NCBI GenBank assembly: GCA_046498225.1
Contig: JAWOBF010000092.1
Span: 1 to 30,704 of the forward strand
DNA from: Candidatus Aegiribacteria sp.
Lineage (GTDB): Bacteria > Fermentibacterota > Fermentibacteria > Fermentibacterales > JCC-6
Direction of reading: 5' to 3'
Length of the DNA stretch: 30,704 nucleotides
A model generated the notes under the pieces. The model was not told the DNA's origin. It saw nothing but the letters and a program-made list of their open reading frames with translations, and did not search any database. The position numbers and the translations under genes were made by a program. Position 1 is the first letter of the stretch. Each line of letters starts with the position of its first letter. Below, piece after piece: positions 15,903 through 25,492 of this stretch.

Positions 15903-16541
15903 ATGATATTTCTGCTGGCTGCGCTGACCGCGGCCGCGCCGGCCTCCGGCACGGACAGTGTCTGGACCGAGAGCGGCGAGGGATATTCCATCACCGTAAG
16001 CTGTCCCGCCGCCGTCCTCGAGATAGAGGCAGTGGCCGAGGAGCTTCAGCGCTACGCTTGCGGGCAGACCGCGGAGTTCAGGGAGAATTTCCGGGAGTAC
16101 TACAGCGACAGCTTCAATAACGTCGACTGGAACATGGAGATCAATTTCACCCATGAGCCCTCGCCCTCGGGTATGGTATGCGTCACCGCCGGGACCTGGG
16201 AGTACTCCGGAGGGGCCCACGGGAACAGCTGGACCAGAACCTTCGTGTATGACCTGGAGACAGATTCCTTCCCGGGCCCGGTGGAGCTTCTGGGGGGAGA
16301 GGAGGAATTCCGGGCCTTCGCCGGGGTGGTCATGGAGCGGCTCAACGGAATGCTCGACCACGACGGCTGGATAGAGGAAGGCGCGTCCGCTTCTGTGGAG
16401 AACTACCACAGCCTTCTGCCGGTCCCGGACGAGACGGGCGGCATTGCCGGCTACAGGGTCATGTTCCCGCCGTACCAGGTTGCCGCCTACGTCTACGGGC
16501 CGGTCGAGGTTTTCGTATCCTGCAGCGAGCTGAGCCGTTAG
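15903..16541 (+). CDS. RsiV/PdaC-like exported protein (DUF4163 + DUF3298)
   Basis: Short signal-like N-terminus; hallmark YSGGAHG..TFVYDL and FPPYQVAAYVYGPVEV. Confidence 0.8.
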   Translation: MIFLLAALTAAAPASGTDSVWTESGEGYSITVSCPAAVLEIEAVAEELQRYACGQTAEFRENFREYYSDSFNNVDWNMEINFTHEPSPSGMVCVTAGTWEYSGGAHGNSWTRTFVYDLETDSFPGPVELLGGEEEFRAFAGVVMERLNGMLDHDGWIEEGASASVENYHSLLPVPDETGGIAGYRVMFPPYQVAAYVYGPVEVFVSCSELSR

Positions 16542-16596
16542 GTCCCTTCCCGGGTGGACTGGGAATAGTCATCGGAGGGTACAGCTATACCGATTT

Positions 16597-18372
16597 CTAC
16601 TTCACGGGGTTCTTTCCGGAGACCGCGGCGGCGAATCTCATGCCGTCTGCGATGGCCGATATCACATCTGAGGGGCCGGGAGTAACGTCCCCTCCGGCGT
16701 AGATGTTGCCGAAGCCGGTGTACTGGCGCCGGTCGACCTTTATGATTCCCCATTCAACATCGATGTTCTCCGCCATCTCCTCCGGAAGAAGGGAGAGGTC
16801 GGAGGACTGGCCTACGGCCAGGAATATGGAATCGGCGGGGATATCATGTTCCAGGTCGTTCTTTCTGACAGGCTTCGGCCTGCTTTCCCCCGGAACTTCC
16901 CTCATCTCGGCCTCGATGTAGATATACCGGAGTCCGTCATCGGTTTTCTCTATACGCTCCGGTATGGTCCTGTCGCGTATCTCCACCCCCTCCTCCAGAG
17001 CCTCCCGTATCTCTTCCTCGTCCGCCGGCATGTCCCGGATCCTCCTGCGGTAGGATATCACCACATCCGACCCCAGCCTTCTGCATGTCCTGGCCGTGTC
17101 CATGGCGACGTTGCCACCGCCTATCACCAGGACCCTCCTGCCAACCGGGATCCCGCCTTTTTCGGGATCATCCATCAGGAAGTAGAGCGCGTGCTGAACG
17201 CCGGGCAGCCCGATTCCCGGGATCCTGAATTCGGAACTGGTCTGAAGACCCGGGGCGAGGAAGACCGCGTCGTGCTTTCCGGACAGTTCATTGACTTCAG
17301 CGGGACCTGCGGGGGAATTGAAATGGAAATGAATTCCCAGCTGATGGAAGACCTCCATCTGCCTCCGGTACCCCTCCTCCGGGAGCCTGTACTCCGGAAT
17401 GGCGTGCCGGGCCACTCCCCCCGCTGAACCGTTCTTCTCGAAGACATGGACCTCGAACCCGAGCCTGGCCAGGTGGTAGGCGGCGGACAGGCCGGCTGGC
17501 CCGGAGCCGATTATGGCTACGCTGCCCCTGCCGGAGCCTGGGGAGGCGGCTTCGACCTCCAGTGCGTCCGAAAGGGAGCTCACCGCCTCGCAGGCGAAGC
17601 GTTTCAGCCACCTGATGGCTATCGATTCCCCCTGATAACCCATGGCGCATACGGTCTCGCACTGTCTTGTGCATACCCTGCCGCACATTTCCGGAAGGGG
17701 GTTGTTGTCCAGGAAGAGCCTTACCGCCTCCTCAGGTTCCCCTCGGGCTATGGCTGAGATGTAGTCCGGGATGTGCATGCGGACCGGACATGCCGTCACG
17801 CAGAGTCCGCACTGAATGCAGCGGGAAGCCTCTGCGACAGCCTGCTCACTGGAATAACCCCGCACCACTTCTTCGAAACCCCTCACCCTCTCCGCGGGAT
17901 CCCTCACGGGCATCTCCACCCGCTTCGAACCCGCCCAGTAAAGAGTGCTGTTGTCCTGTCTGTATCCCTTTTCTGACCCGTCCCACGCCTTCCGGTCGCT
18001 GCCGGGAACGTACGCGCAACCGTCCGGGTTGGAAGTGGACCAGCTGTAACTGTTGGACATGGAGAGGGAGCCGGTGGAGCAGACATCAACGCAGAGCGCG
18101 CACCAGCAGCATCTGCCGTAGTCCACCAGGGGTCTCAGCCCTGAATCCCCCTTTTCCGGAAGGTCACCCTCAACGGGGACCATTCCTATGGCCTCGTTCT
18201 GGCAGATCTCCCCGCACCTGCCGCAGCCGATGCATTTCTCAAGGTCGTTGGTGTGAAATCCCCTGTATCTGTTCGACCCCGGGTTCTTCGTCGCCGGATA
18301 AGGAATGGTGTCCGCTTTTCTTGCCACCCTGGACCATGCCAGGAAAGGTGAGATGATCTTCGTGAATTTCAT
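16597..18372 (-). CDS. mbxN: Fusion of MbxN/NuoI-like 2x[4Fe-4S] subunit with a GltD/SudA-type FAD/NAD(P)H oxidoreductase
   Basis: TIPYP..YRGFH..CIGCGRCGEIC..CCWCALCVDVC (NuoI-like); then EASRCIQC..ACP, NPLPEMCGRVC..CETVC, IGSGPAGL, IPEYRLP, IGGGNVAMD, YRR..MPA, YAGGD. Start ATG 18372 or GTG 18378. Confidence 0.9.
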   Translation of the reverse strand: MKFTKIISPFLAWSRVARKADTIPYPATKNPGSNRYRGFHTNDLEKCIGCGRCGEICQNEAIGMVPVEGDLPEKGDSGLRPLVDYGRCCWCALCVDVCSTGSLSMSNSYSWSTSNPDGCAYVPGSDRKAWDGSEKGYRQDNSTLYWAGSKRVEMPVRDPAERVRGFEEVVRGYSSEQAVAEASRCIQCGLCVTACPVRMHIPDYISAIARGEPEEAVRLFLDNNPLPEMCGRVCTRQCETVCAMGYQGESIAIRWLKRFACEAVSSLSDALEVEAASPGSGRGSVAIIGSGPAGLSAAYHLARLGFEVHVFEKNGSAGGVARHAIPEYRLPEEGYRRQMEVFHQLGIHFHFNSPAGPAEVNELSGKHDAVFLAPGLQTSSEFRIPGIGLPGVQHALYFLMDDPEKGGIPVGRRVLVIGGGNVAMDTARTCRRLGSDVVISYRRRIRDMPADEEEIREALEEGVEIRDRTIPERIEKTDDGLRYIYIEAEMREVPGESRPKPVRKNDLEHDIPADSIFLAVGQSSDLSLLPEEMAENIDVEWGIIKVDRRQYTGFGNIYAGGDVTPGPSDVISAIADGMRFAAAVSGKNPVK

Positions 18373-18374
18373 TA

Positions 18375-19493
18375 TCACCTCTCGATCTCGGGGGGGCAGG
18401 TGGTAAGGCTGACCATGATGTTGGATACGTCGGCTATGTTCGCCCCCACCAGCATCTTCTCGAGAAGAGCGATCCCGTGGACGTAGGAGGGTCCCCTTAC
18501 GTGAACCCTCCTGGGGTAAAGCCCTCCGTCGCTCACAACGTAGTATCCGTATTCACCCCTGGAAGATTCAACCCGCGTGTAGACCTCTCCCGGAGTTACC
18601 TCCCAGCCGGTGAGGTTGGGCAGTTCCGCTGCCACCGGGCCGGGAGGCATGGAACGGAGAAGCTGCCTGATGAGTTCCATGCTGAGGTCTATCTCCCGCC
18701 TTCTGACCAGGGTCCTGGAGTAGATATCGCAGCCGTTCTCGGTCACCGCTTCAAAATCCAGCTGTGAATAGGCCTCGTAGGGTGAGTCCTTCCTCACGTC
18801 ACGGACCGATCCGCTGCCCCGCGCCACAGGTCCCGTCAGCCCCATCTCCTCTATCCAGCCGGGGTCCACCACTCCCACTCCCACGGTGCGGTCCATGAAA
18901 ACGGAATTGTTCAGTATCAGCCTGTCCATCTCCGGAAGCCGCTTCGCTATCTTGTCAAGCACGGACAGCACTCTGCCCTCAAAACCCTCGGGCAGGTCCC
19001 TTCTCACCCCTCCGGGAATGATGTACATGTGGTATATCCGACCGCCGGTGAGCTCCTCGAAAAGGTCCAGCACGAAATCCCTGAAGGTGATGCCCCACAT
19101 GGCGCCGGTACCCAGGCCGATGGTCCCGGCCTGACCTCCCAGGGCCATGAGATTCACCCCGAGTCTGGCCAGCTCGAGGACGAGGGTCCTTATCCACCCG
19201 GCCCTCTCCGGCACCCGGATTCCGTCCAGTTTCTCGATGGCCATGGCGTAGCACTCCTCGTTGATGTCCGGCTCCGGGACGCATATCCGGCATACCAGGG
19301 GGAAGTTCTGTATCCAGAGCCGTCGCTCCATCAGCTTCTCGAATCCCCTGTGCAGGTATCCCACATGAGTGACGGCCTTCGTTATCTCATCGCCGTCGAA
19401 CCACATTTCCACGCTCATGTTCCCGGTTACTCCGGGGTGCTGGGGGCCGAAGAAGAGATGGGTGGTCCGCAGGGGATCGGTATCGCCGCTCAT
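18375..19493 (-). CDS. mbxL: MBX/MBS large subunit (NuoD-like, lacks NiFe CxxC motifs)
   Basis: GPQHPG, GYLHRGFEKL, RICVPEPD, ESSRGE, C-terminal CPPEIER; ATGA overlap with the upstream gene. Confidence 0.92.
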   Translation of the reverse strand: MSGDTDPLRTTHLFFGPQHPGVTGNMSVEMWFDGDEITKAVTHVGYLHRGFEKLMERRLWIQNFPLVCRICVPEPDINEECYAMAIEKLDGIRVPERAGWIRTLVLELARLGVNLMALGGQAGTIGLGTGAMWGITFRDFVLDLFEELTGGRIYHMYIIPGGVRRDLPEGFEGRVLSVLDKIAKRLPEMDRLILNNSVFMDRTVGVGVVDPGWIEEMGLTGPVARGSGSVRDVRKDSPYEAYSQLDFEAVTENGCDIYSRTLVRRREIDLSMELIRQLLRSMPPGPVAAELPNLTGWEVTPGEVYTRVESSRGEYGYYVVSDGGLYPRRVHVRGPSYVHGIALLEKMLVGANIADVSNIMVSLTTCPPEIER

Positions 19494-20050
19494 CGGTCGG
19501 TCTCCTTCGCTGGAACCGGGGTGTTCCATTCTCCGGTGCGCTCCGCTACGTGCTCCCGGGGGTCGGTGTGTTCCCTCTCGCGCCTTTCCCCGAAGGTTTC
19601 CATCGAGTATTTCAGAGTATCGAAATCCCTTCGCATCGGGGGCAGGTCCCGCCAGCCCTCCAGGAGAAAGTCCTCTTCCTGCCTTTCGTTGCCGGGGAAA
19701 TCGATCCCGAACATCTCATGCAGTTCCCTCTCGAAGAACACAGCCGCAGGCCATACATCTCCCAGAGTGGGCAGGGCGCAGCCTTCCCTGGGGTGGTCGG
19801 AGGATATCATGAGGATCGAACCGTCCTTCGCGGACTCCAGTATCCAGGTGAGCTGGAACATGCCGTCCTCTATCCGGTCCACAGCCGATATCAGCTGCAG
19901 TATCCCGTGGCCGAAGCGCCGTTTCGCCATAAGGAGCAGTTCCAGGACCCGGGCCGGATCCACCTTCACGTGCAGGTAGCCCTCGTCCATCCTCAGAGTA
20001 TTCACTTCGAAGCCCGCCAGTTCGATCTGTTCAAGGAGTCTGTCGTCCAT
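19490..20050 (-). CDS. mbxK: MBX subunit K (NuoC-like)
   Basis: ISAVD..WPAAVFFERELHEMFGIDFPGN..PPMRRDF. Confidence 0.9.
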   Translation of the reverse strand: MDDRLLEQIELAGFEVNTLRMDEGYLHVKVDPARVLELLLMAKRRFGHGILQLISAVDRIEDGMFQLTWILESAKDGSILMISSDHPREGCALPTLGDVWPAAVFFERELHEMFGIDFPGNERQEEDFLLEGWRDLPPMRRDFDTLKYSMETFGERREREHTDPREHVAERTGEWNTPVPAKETDR

Positions 20051-20058
20051 CTGCTTTC

Positions 20059-20622
20059 CTACCAGTTGTAATCGGGAAGGTCCCAGTTTCCAATTATTCT
20101 CTTCTGGTTCTTCCGGTATTCCTCCAGATTCTCCAGGTAATCCCTCCAGCCGGTGGCTTTTCCCTCCTTTATCCTGCTCATCAGAAGGGAGAACCCGTCA
20201 ATTATCGCCTCCGGGCGGGGCATGCATCCGTTGACGTAGACGTCGACCGGAATGTACCTGTCCAGAACGTTGAGCGTATTGTAGGAATCGTAGTACATTC
20301 CTCCGTTTATGGTGCATGATCCGAGGGCAACGATGTATCTGGGTGTCTGCATCTGCTCATAGACTCGAATTACCCTCTTGAGGGTCTTCACCGACAGGTA
20401 TCCGGAGATTATCAGAACGTCGGCCTGCCTCGGAGTAGGCCTCATGGATATGCCGAATCTCTCCATGTCGAACCTTGATGTATGGAGAGGCCGAAGCTCT
20501 ATGGCTCCGCAGCCGGTGCCGTAGGCCGTTACCCACAGGCTGTTGGCCCTGGCCATCTCGTCTATCTTCCTCCAGACGGTCTCTCTCTCGGCCGGCGGTT
20601 CCGGCGGGTCGTTGCGGTACAT
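20059..20622 (-). CDS. mbxJ: MBX small Fe-S subunit J (NuoB-like)
   Basis: SLW..GTGCGAIE, RFDMERFG..TPRQADV, ALGSCTINGG, IPVDVYVNGCMPRPE. Confidence 0.92.
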   Translation of the reverse strand: MYRNDPPEPPAERETVWRKIDEMARANSLWVTAYGTGCGAIELRPLHTSRFDMERFGISMRPTPRQADVLIISGYLSVKTLKRVIRVYEQMQTPRYIVALGSCTINGGMYYDSYNTLNVLDRYIPVDVYVNGCMPRPEAIIDGFSLLMSRIKEGKATGWRDYLENLEEYRKNQKRIIGNWDLPDYNW

Positions 20623-20629
20623 AATCCTC

Positions 20630-21535
20630 CTACAGCATAACTCTCAAAAGGTCCACGACGGCCAGTGAAGTGGGAACGAACCAGAGAAACCTGATGCTCT
20701 GCTCCGTTCTGAACCTGGGAAACACGGGACTTACGAAAATCGGGAACATGTAGAGAAGGAATGTCTTGAACAGTAGGCTCATCCAGCCGGAAGCCCCGCC
20801 GAAGAAGATGTTCACGAAGAGAAGCAGCTTGGCGACGCTGAACAGCGCCCTTCCGCTGAACATCAGCGAGAGGAACCTTCCGCTGTATTCCGTGGGCGGC
20901 CCTATGGGTATCTCCTGCGGAGCGAGAACGATGCTGAACGGGTAGGCCATCTGCATGGGCAGGAAAGTAATGAGGGCCGCGGCCGACGCGAAGGGGAACC
21001 GGAAGACGTTCCAGTTCAGCATGCCGCCCTGCTGCGAAGCCACCAGTTCCTCGATGGAGAGTGTTCCCGCTCCAGCCGCAAGGACCAGGACCGCAAGGGA
21101 GAAGGAGAGCTCATAGGCGGACATCTGCGAAAGTCCGCGACTGACGGCTATGACCGCGTAGGGATGGCCGGAATCTCCCGCGCCCAGGGCCATGCCCAGG
21201 CAGCCGAAGAACATGAAGTACAGCACCAGCAGCAGATCTCCGGAGAAGGACATGTTGACGATGGTCGTATTCCCCGCCACCAGGGGCACGAGCAGAAGGA
21301 CCCCGATGCCGCCGGTGATCCGGAACATGGGCGCCATCCAGAACATGGTGCCGTGGTGGATGGAGGAGCTCTTTCTGAAAAGCTTCCAGAGGTCTATGTA
21401 GTTCTGCATGACCCTCGGGCCTATCCTGCCGTGTATCCTGGCCACCACCACCCTCGAGATACCTCCAAGCAGCAGCCCCCAGGCAAGGGCCGCGAGTGAA
21501 GTCAGGAAGATCGAAAGCGGGAGTTGAAGCGTCAT
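20630..21535 (-). CDS. mbxM: MBX membrane subunit M (NuoH-like)
   Basis: ARIHGRIGP..QNYIDLWKLF, AYEL, PF..APQEI..GPPTEYSG, PRFRTEQ; multiple TM helices. Confidence 0.9.
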   Translation of the reverse strand: MTLQLPLSIFLTSLAALAWGLLLGGISRVVVARIHGRIGPRVMQNYIDLWKLFRKSSSIHHGTMFWMAPMFRITGGIGVLLLVPLVAGNTTIVNMSFSGDLLLVLYFMFFGCLGMALGAGDSGHPYAVIAVSRGLSQMSAYELSFSLAVLVLAAGAGTLSIEELVASQQGGMLNWNVFRFPFASAAALITFLPMQMAYPFSIVLAPQEIPIGPPTEYSGRFLSLMFSGRALFSVAKLLLFVNIFFGGASGWMSLLFKTFLLYMFPIFVSPVFPRFRTEQSIRFLWFVPTSLAVVDLLRVML

Positions 21536-24447
21536 ACTCCCCCCCTCGCCAGGAAGAAGAAAAGCAGCATGAAGATGAGCGAGTGGGCGAGATAGGTTCT
21601 GGGGTCGCCCGTGAACACCGACCTCACCCCGTCCCCCAGCATGCCGATGATACCGGTGGCCCCCCGGAATATTCCGCCTGCGTGAAGCCTGGGAAGGAAT
21701 GCCAGGGCCCTTCTGAAAGGCCTGAAGAAATCCCCGGTGTAGTGCACCTCCTCCGGTGAGGGGGGAATCTCGCCCGCGAACCCCATGTCAAGCTGTCCCA
21801 CATGTCTGGGCCTTCTTCCCGAAATCCAGTAGAAGACGAAGGCGAACCCGAACACGCCCACCACCATAAGCCCCACGGACCAGGCGTCCCAGCTTCCCAG
21901 AGCTGATATCACCGAAGTGCCCCGTATCTCCGGCGCGGAGCCGGTCAGCCCCGGAATGGATGCCGCCGCGGGAACGATATGCCGAAGAAGGAGCGTGGGC
22001 CTGAAACTCAGGACCATCACCGCCCCGGTCAGTACAGCCTGGGGAACGAGAAGAGCCGGGGGGGCCTCCCCGATGGAGCTGTGCCTTCCGGAGAGCTGTC
22101 CCAGGAACACCGCGTGAAGGAGGCGGAAAGCGTAAAGGAACGCCACTACGGAGGCGAACATGGCCACCAGGGCCGCCGGAAGCCAACCGGCCTCGATCAG
22201 GCCGTTGTAGAGAAGCCACTTTCCGCCGAAACCCGAAAGGGGAGGAACGCCGGCGAAGGCTATTACGGAGATGAGGGTGAAGGCGAAGGTGAGGGGCATT
22301 CTCCTTACCAGGCCGCCCAGTCTGTTGTAGTCGGCTGTCCCGGTCCTCCATATGACGCCGGCCGCCCCGAGGAACAGAACCGACTTGAACAGGAAGTGGT
22401 TGAAGGTATGGTAGAACGCGGCCGTCCATCCAAGTACGCTGGCCAGGCCCAGGCCGGCAAGTATGTAGCCCATCTGAGAAACGCTGGCGTAGGCCAGCAC
22501 CCGCTTGTAGTTCGATGAGAGAGCGGCCATCACAGCCATGCCCAGAGCGGTCAGGACCCCGGCCCAGGCCAGGACACGGCCTCCTGAGGTCGGAATGGAG
22601 CCGGTTCCCAGCAGGGCCATCACCAGCAGCAGGACCGCTGCCTTGGAGGATGTGCCGGCCAGAAAGGCTGGCATCGTGGCCGGCGCGGCGCCGTATGCCC
22701 GCACGTTCCAGAGATGAGCTCCCATCTGGCCCAGCTTGACCAGCGCCGCCATGACCACCAGCAGAAGGGGTACCCCGCGGGAGGGGAACCCGCTTCCGGA
22801 CAGGACAGCCGAAACCAGAAGCAGAAGGCCGGAAAAAGCGGCGAAAACAGAGAACCAGTAAGTTCCGGCCCGAGCTTTTCTTCCCCTGCTTACAGCCACC
22901 ACGGCGGCGAAGGCGGATATCTCCCAGAGAACGTAGAAGGTAATGGAATTGCCGGCGAAGGGAAGCGGCATGAGGGCTGCGCCGGAAAGGAGCATCCAGG
23001 TCCAGTAGGACCTCTCTTCCCGCAGCCGGTTGATGACCCCGGGCAGGTTCAAGGCTGTTCCTCCGGCGAATATGGCGGCGAAAAGGACCCTGATGACCGG
23101 CGAGGCCAGGAGTTTTCCGGAGAGGTCCATAAGGTCCAGGGAACCCGCCGTCAGCCATGCCCCCCCTGCTATGATGAGCAGGGTGGAGATGGTGGAGACC
23201 ATCCTTCCATCCCTTTCTCCGGCGGAAGTACTCATTGACCAGAAACGGAGCAGGTAGACGGATTCGAACATGAGGCCTGCGGCCACCGCTGCCAGCAGAA
23301 GGGGTGAATGACCACCGACCGTGTACAGAAGCTGCAGCTTCGCCCAGAAGACGGGCAGGGGAGGAATGCCCAGCAGCGTGAGCAGCGGCAGAAGAAGCAG
23401 AATGCCGGAGGCATGCCGCCATCTGCTGTTCTCGTCCCTGCCGGCCATCATGAAAACGCTGAACTTGGACAGGGCTGAGAACGAGACCAGTACGAGGACC
23501 ATTCTCAGATAACTCTCCCCTTCGGCCACCCCGGCGAGTATCAGGATGATGGAAGCGTAGGCGGCGGAGGAGTAACCCATCATTCTTCCCGGGCTGGAGG
23601 ACCTCATTCCCGCCAGCTGGCCCAGCACAAGCCCCCCGGCACCGATCCAGGCAAGCATTCTCATATCAGGCAGGGGAAGCATGGGAAGGACCCTGGAGGA
23701 CCATAGAAGCACGGCGACGCTCCAGGTGCCGCTGTAAACAGCCGCGAAGGAAGGCCCCGCACCGTGGTAGAAATCCAGCCCCCAGCCGGAGAGGGGGAAA
23801 GCCTTTATCTCGGTCATGATGACCGTGAGCATAAGGGCGGACACCATCAACGCCGGCACGCCGCCCAGCAGCCTCAGGGATTCCAGTCGAAGCTCCCCGG
23901 TTGTTCTGTAGACCAGCGCCACGGCCAGAAGGTAGAGGATGGTCACCAGACCCGAGATCAGGGCAACCTTCACGGCCACTTCCCACCTTCGACGGCACCT
24001 GCAGGCCGCGGTGAGGCCGATGGTGACTATGCTCCCTATCTCTATGAAAACGAATGAGTTGAAGAGGTCCGTGGAAAAAAGGAGCCCCAGGGATGCCGTT
24101 ACCAGGGCGAGAAGAAGGGGCTGTGTCGCCGGGTTCCTTCGAAAGAGCCTCGATATTCCCAGGATGGCGGCAGCGTATATGCCGATGGCGGCCAGCGCCC
24201 CGGCGGCCGTTACCTCCAGGTCGATGCTCAGGGGAGGGAGACCGACGCCGGTGCGCAGGATGGTGGAAGCTCCCAGCTCCTTCATGTCCCACGCCCCCAG
24301 TTCCAGGGAGAGTATCAGTGTTGATGCGAGTCCTCCGGCCAGGAAGAGCAGGGAAACGAAGAGGGAGGCCGTCGGCCTGCGATGGGTGAGCCAGACGGAG
24401 AGGAAGGCACCAAGCAGGGGAAGAAAGACCGCCAGAGCTGTTACCAT
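21532..24447 (-). CDS. mbxH: Fused double antiporter-like subunit MbxH-MbxH' (two MrpD/NuoL-M-N modules)
   Basis: Module 1: STDLFNSFVFIE, EIKAFPL..W, GIPP..FWAK. Module 2: FYVLWE, VKLG..HLW, LAYASVSQMGY, NHFLFKS, LGGL, GVPPLSGFGGKW. Single 971-aa ORF. Confidence 0.88.
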   Translation of the reverse strand: MVTALAVFLPLLGAFLSVWLTHRRPTASLFVSLLFLAGGLASTLILSLELGAWDMKELGASTILRTGVGLPPLSIDLEVTAAGALAAIGIYAAAILGISRLFRRNPATQPLLLALVTASLGLLFSTDLFNSFVFIEIGSIVTIGLTAACRCRRRWEVAVKVALISGLVTILYLLAVALVYRTTGELRLESLRLLGGVPALMVSALMLTVIMTEIKAFPLSGWGLDFYHGAGPSFAAVYSGTWSVAVLLWSSRVLPMLPLPDMRMLAWIGAGGLVLGQLAGMRSSSPGRMMGYSSAAYASIILILAGVAEGESYLRMVLVLVSFSALSKFSVFMMAGRDENSRWRHASGILLLLPLLTLLGIPPLPVFWAKLQLLYTVGGHSPLLLAAVAAGLMFESVYLLRFWSMSTSAGERDGRMVSTISTLLIIAGGAWLTAGSLDLMDLSGKLLASPVIRVLFAAIFAGGTALNLPGVINRLREERSYWTWMLLSGAALMPLPFAGNSITFYVLWEISAFAAVVAVSRGRKARAGTYWFSVFAAFSGLLLLVSAVLSGSGFPSRGVPLLLVVMAALVKLGQMGAHLWNVRAYGAAPATMPAFLAGTSSKAAVLLLVMALLGTGSIPTSGGRVLAWAGVLTALGMAVMAALSSNYKRVLAYASVSQMGYILAGLGLASVLGWTAAFYHTFNHFLFKSVLFLGAAGVIWRTGTADYNRLGGLVRRMPLTFAFTLISVIAFAGVPPLSGFGGKWLLYNGLIEAGWLPAALVAMFASVVAFLYAFRLLHAVFLGQLSGRHSSIGEAPPALLVPQAVLTGAVMVLSFRPTLLLRHIVPAAASIPGLTGSAPEIRGTSVISALGSWDAWSVGLMVVGVFGFAFVFYWISGRRPRHVGQLDMGFAGEIPPSPEEVHYTGDFFRPFRRALAFLPRLHAGGIFRGATGIIGMLGDGVRSVFTGDPRTYLAHSLIFMLLFFFLARGGV

Positions 24448-24809
24448 CTCAGCTCCTTCATCTGACGGACATCTGCGGAGCCGGTCCTTCTGGCGGCCAG
24501 CACACCGACCACCACGAACAGCGCCGCCACCGCGACCCCGATAACGATGGACGTCAGAACAAGGGCCTGGGGAAGGGGGTCCACCACCGAAAGGACTGTC
24601 TCTGCGGGATCGGCCGCGCCGTCAAGCACAGGGGCGGTCCTGCCGGGAAGGTAGCCGGACCATACGAGAAGCAGGTTCACGCCGGTATCAGCGATAGTAA
24701 AGGCAAGGGCTATTCGAAGGATGTGCTTCCTGGCGAGAACCCCCCACAGGCCGATGAGGACCAGCCCGAGCGCGGTTCCGGATACCGTCCAGTAGAACGC
24801 GTGGGTCAT
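24441..24809 (-). CDS. mbxG: MBX subunit G (MrpC/MnhC-like)
   Basis: IGLWG..GVNLLLV..DPLPQALVLTSIVIG. Confidence 0.9.
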   Translation of the reverse strand: MTHAFYWTVSGTALGLVLIGLWGVLARKHILRIALAFTIADTGVNLLLVWSGYLPGRTAPVLDGAADPAETVLSVVDPLPQALVLTSIVIGVAVAALFVVVGVLAARRTGSADVRQMKELRW

Positions 24810-25492
24810 CGGTCCGTCCCCGCTCTCCTGAAGGCGGCGAATACCCCGGAGAACTCTGCGGCCACCTTCGCGCCGATGGCAAGGGAAACCAGCGGGACGA
24901 TACCAGCCGAAAGCAGTTCTCCCGGCTCACCGCCTCCCAGCACGGCGGTGTTCAGGAACTGACCGGCCCTCATTACTCCCCAGAACCCCAGCAGACCGAA
25001 AGAAAGGCCAGCCATGGATTCGACCGCTGAGAGTCTGCCGCTTCCCGCGGGAACCGAACTGCTTCCAAGCATCACCAGCAGGAAGGCCGAGGCGACCACG
25101 GTTCCGCCGGGAAAGCCTCCGCCGGGACTTATATGGCTGTGAGTTATGAAATAGAAGGCGAAAAGCATTATAGGAGCGGGAAGCACCCTCGAGGTCTCAG
25201 CCACGACAGCGCTGGGTTCGGTCGCCCTCCCCCCGATGGGGAACAGGGAAAGTATCAGGACCACCGCGGTGGAAGCGCAGAAGAGGACCACGACTTCGCC
25301 CAGCGTATCCAGTCCCCTGTAGGATACGATGACCGCGGTCACCAGGTTTGCCGACCCCGTATCCTCAAGACCCCTTTCGGCGTATTCGCGGCCGGCCCCC
25401 GTGAGCCTTTCGGGGACCTGGACGCCGGGCACGGCGTTGACGATGAAAATGCCCAGCAGAAGCACGATGACAAGGCCGGCGATGGTCCTCAT
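24806..25492 (-). CDS. mbxF: MBX subunit E/F (MrpB/MnhB-like)
   Basis: NLVTAVIVSYRGLDTLGE, HSHISPGGGFPGG. Start ATG 25492 overlaps the upstream stop; the longer ORF-track N-terminus overlaps mbxD. Confidence 0.88.
   Translation of the reverse strand: MRTIAGLVIVLLLGIFIVNAVPGVQVPERLTGAGREYAERGLEDTGSANLVTAVIVSYRGLDTLGEVVVLFCASTAVVLILSLFPIGGRATEPSAVVAETSRVLPAPIMLFAFYFITHSHISPGGGFPGGTVVASAFLLVMLGSSSVPAGSGRLSAVESMAGLSFGLLGFWGVMRAGQFLNTAVLGGGEPGELLSAGIVPLVSLAIGAKVAAEFSGVFAAFRRAGTDR

Noticed and set aside
14557..16541. RHS toxin-immunity pair
   Set aside because: No RHS core/DPxG cleavage motif or toxin domain; the first gene is a lipoprotein and the second is RsiV-like
16597..18372. Glutamate synthase small subunit (gltD)
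   Set aside because: No gltB nearby; the domain is fused to a NuoI-like subunit at the end of the mbx operon
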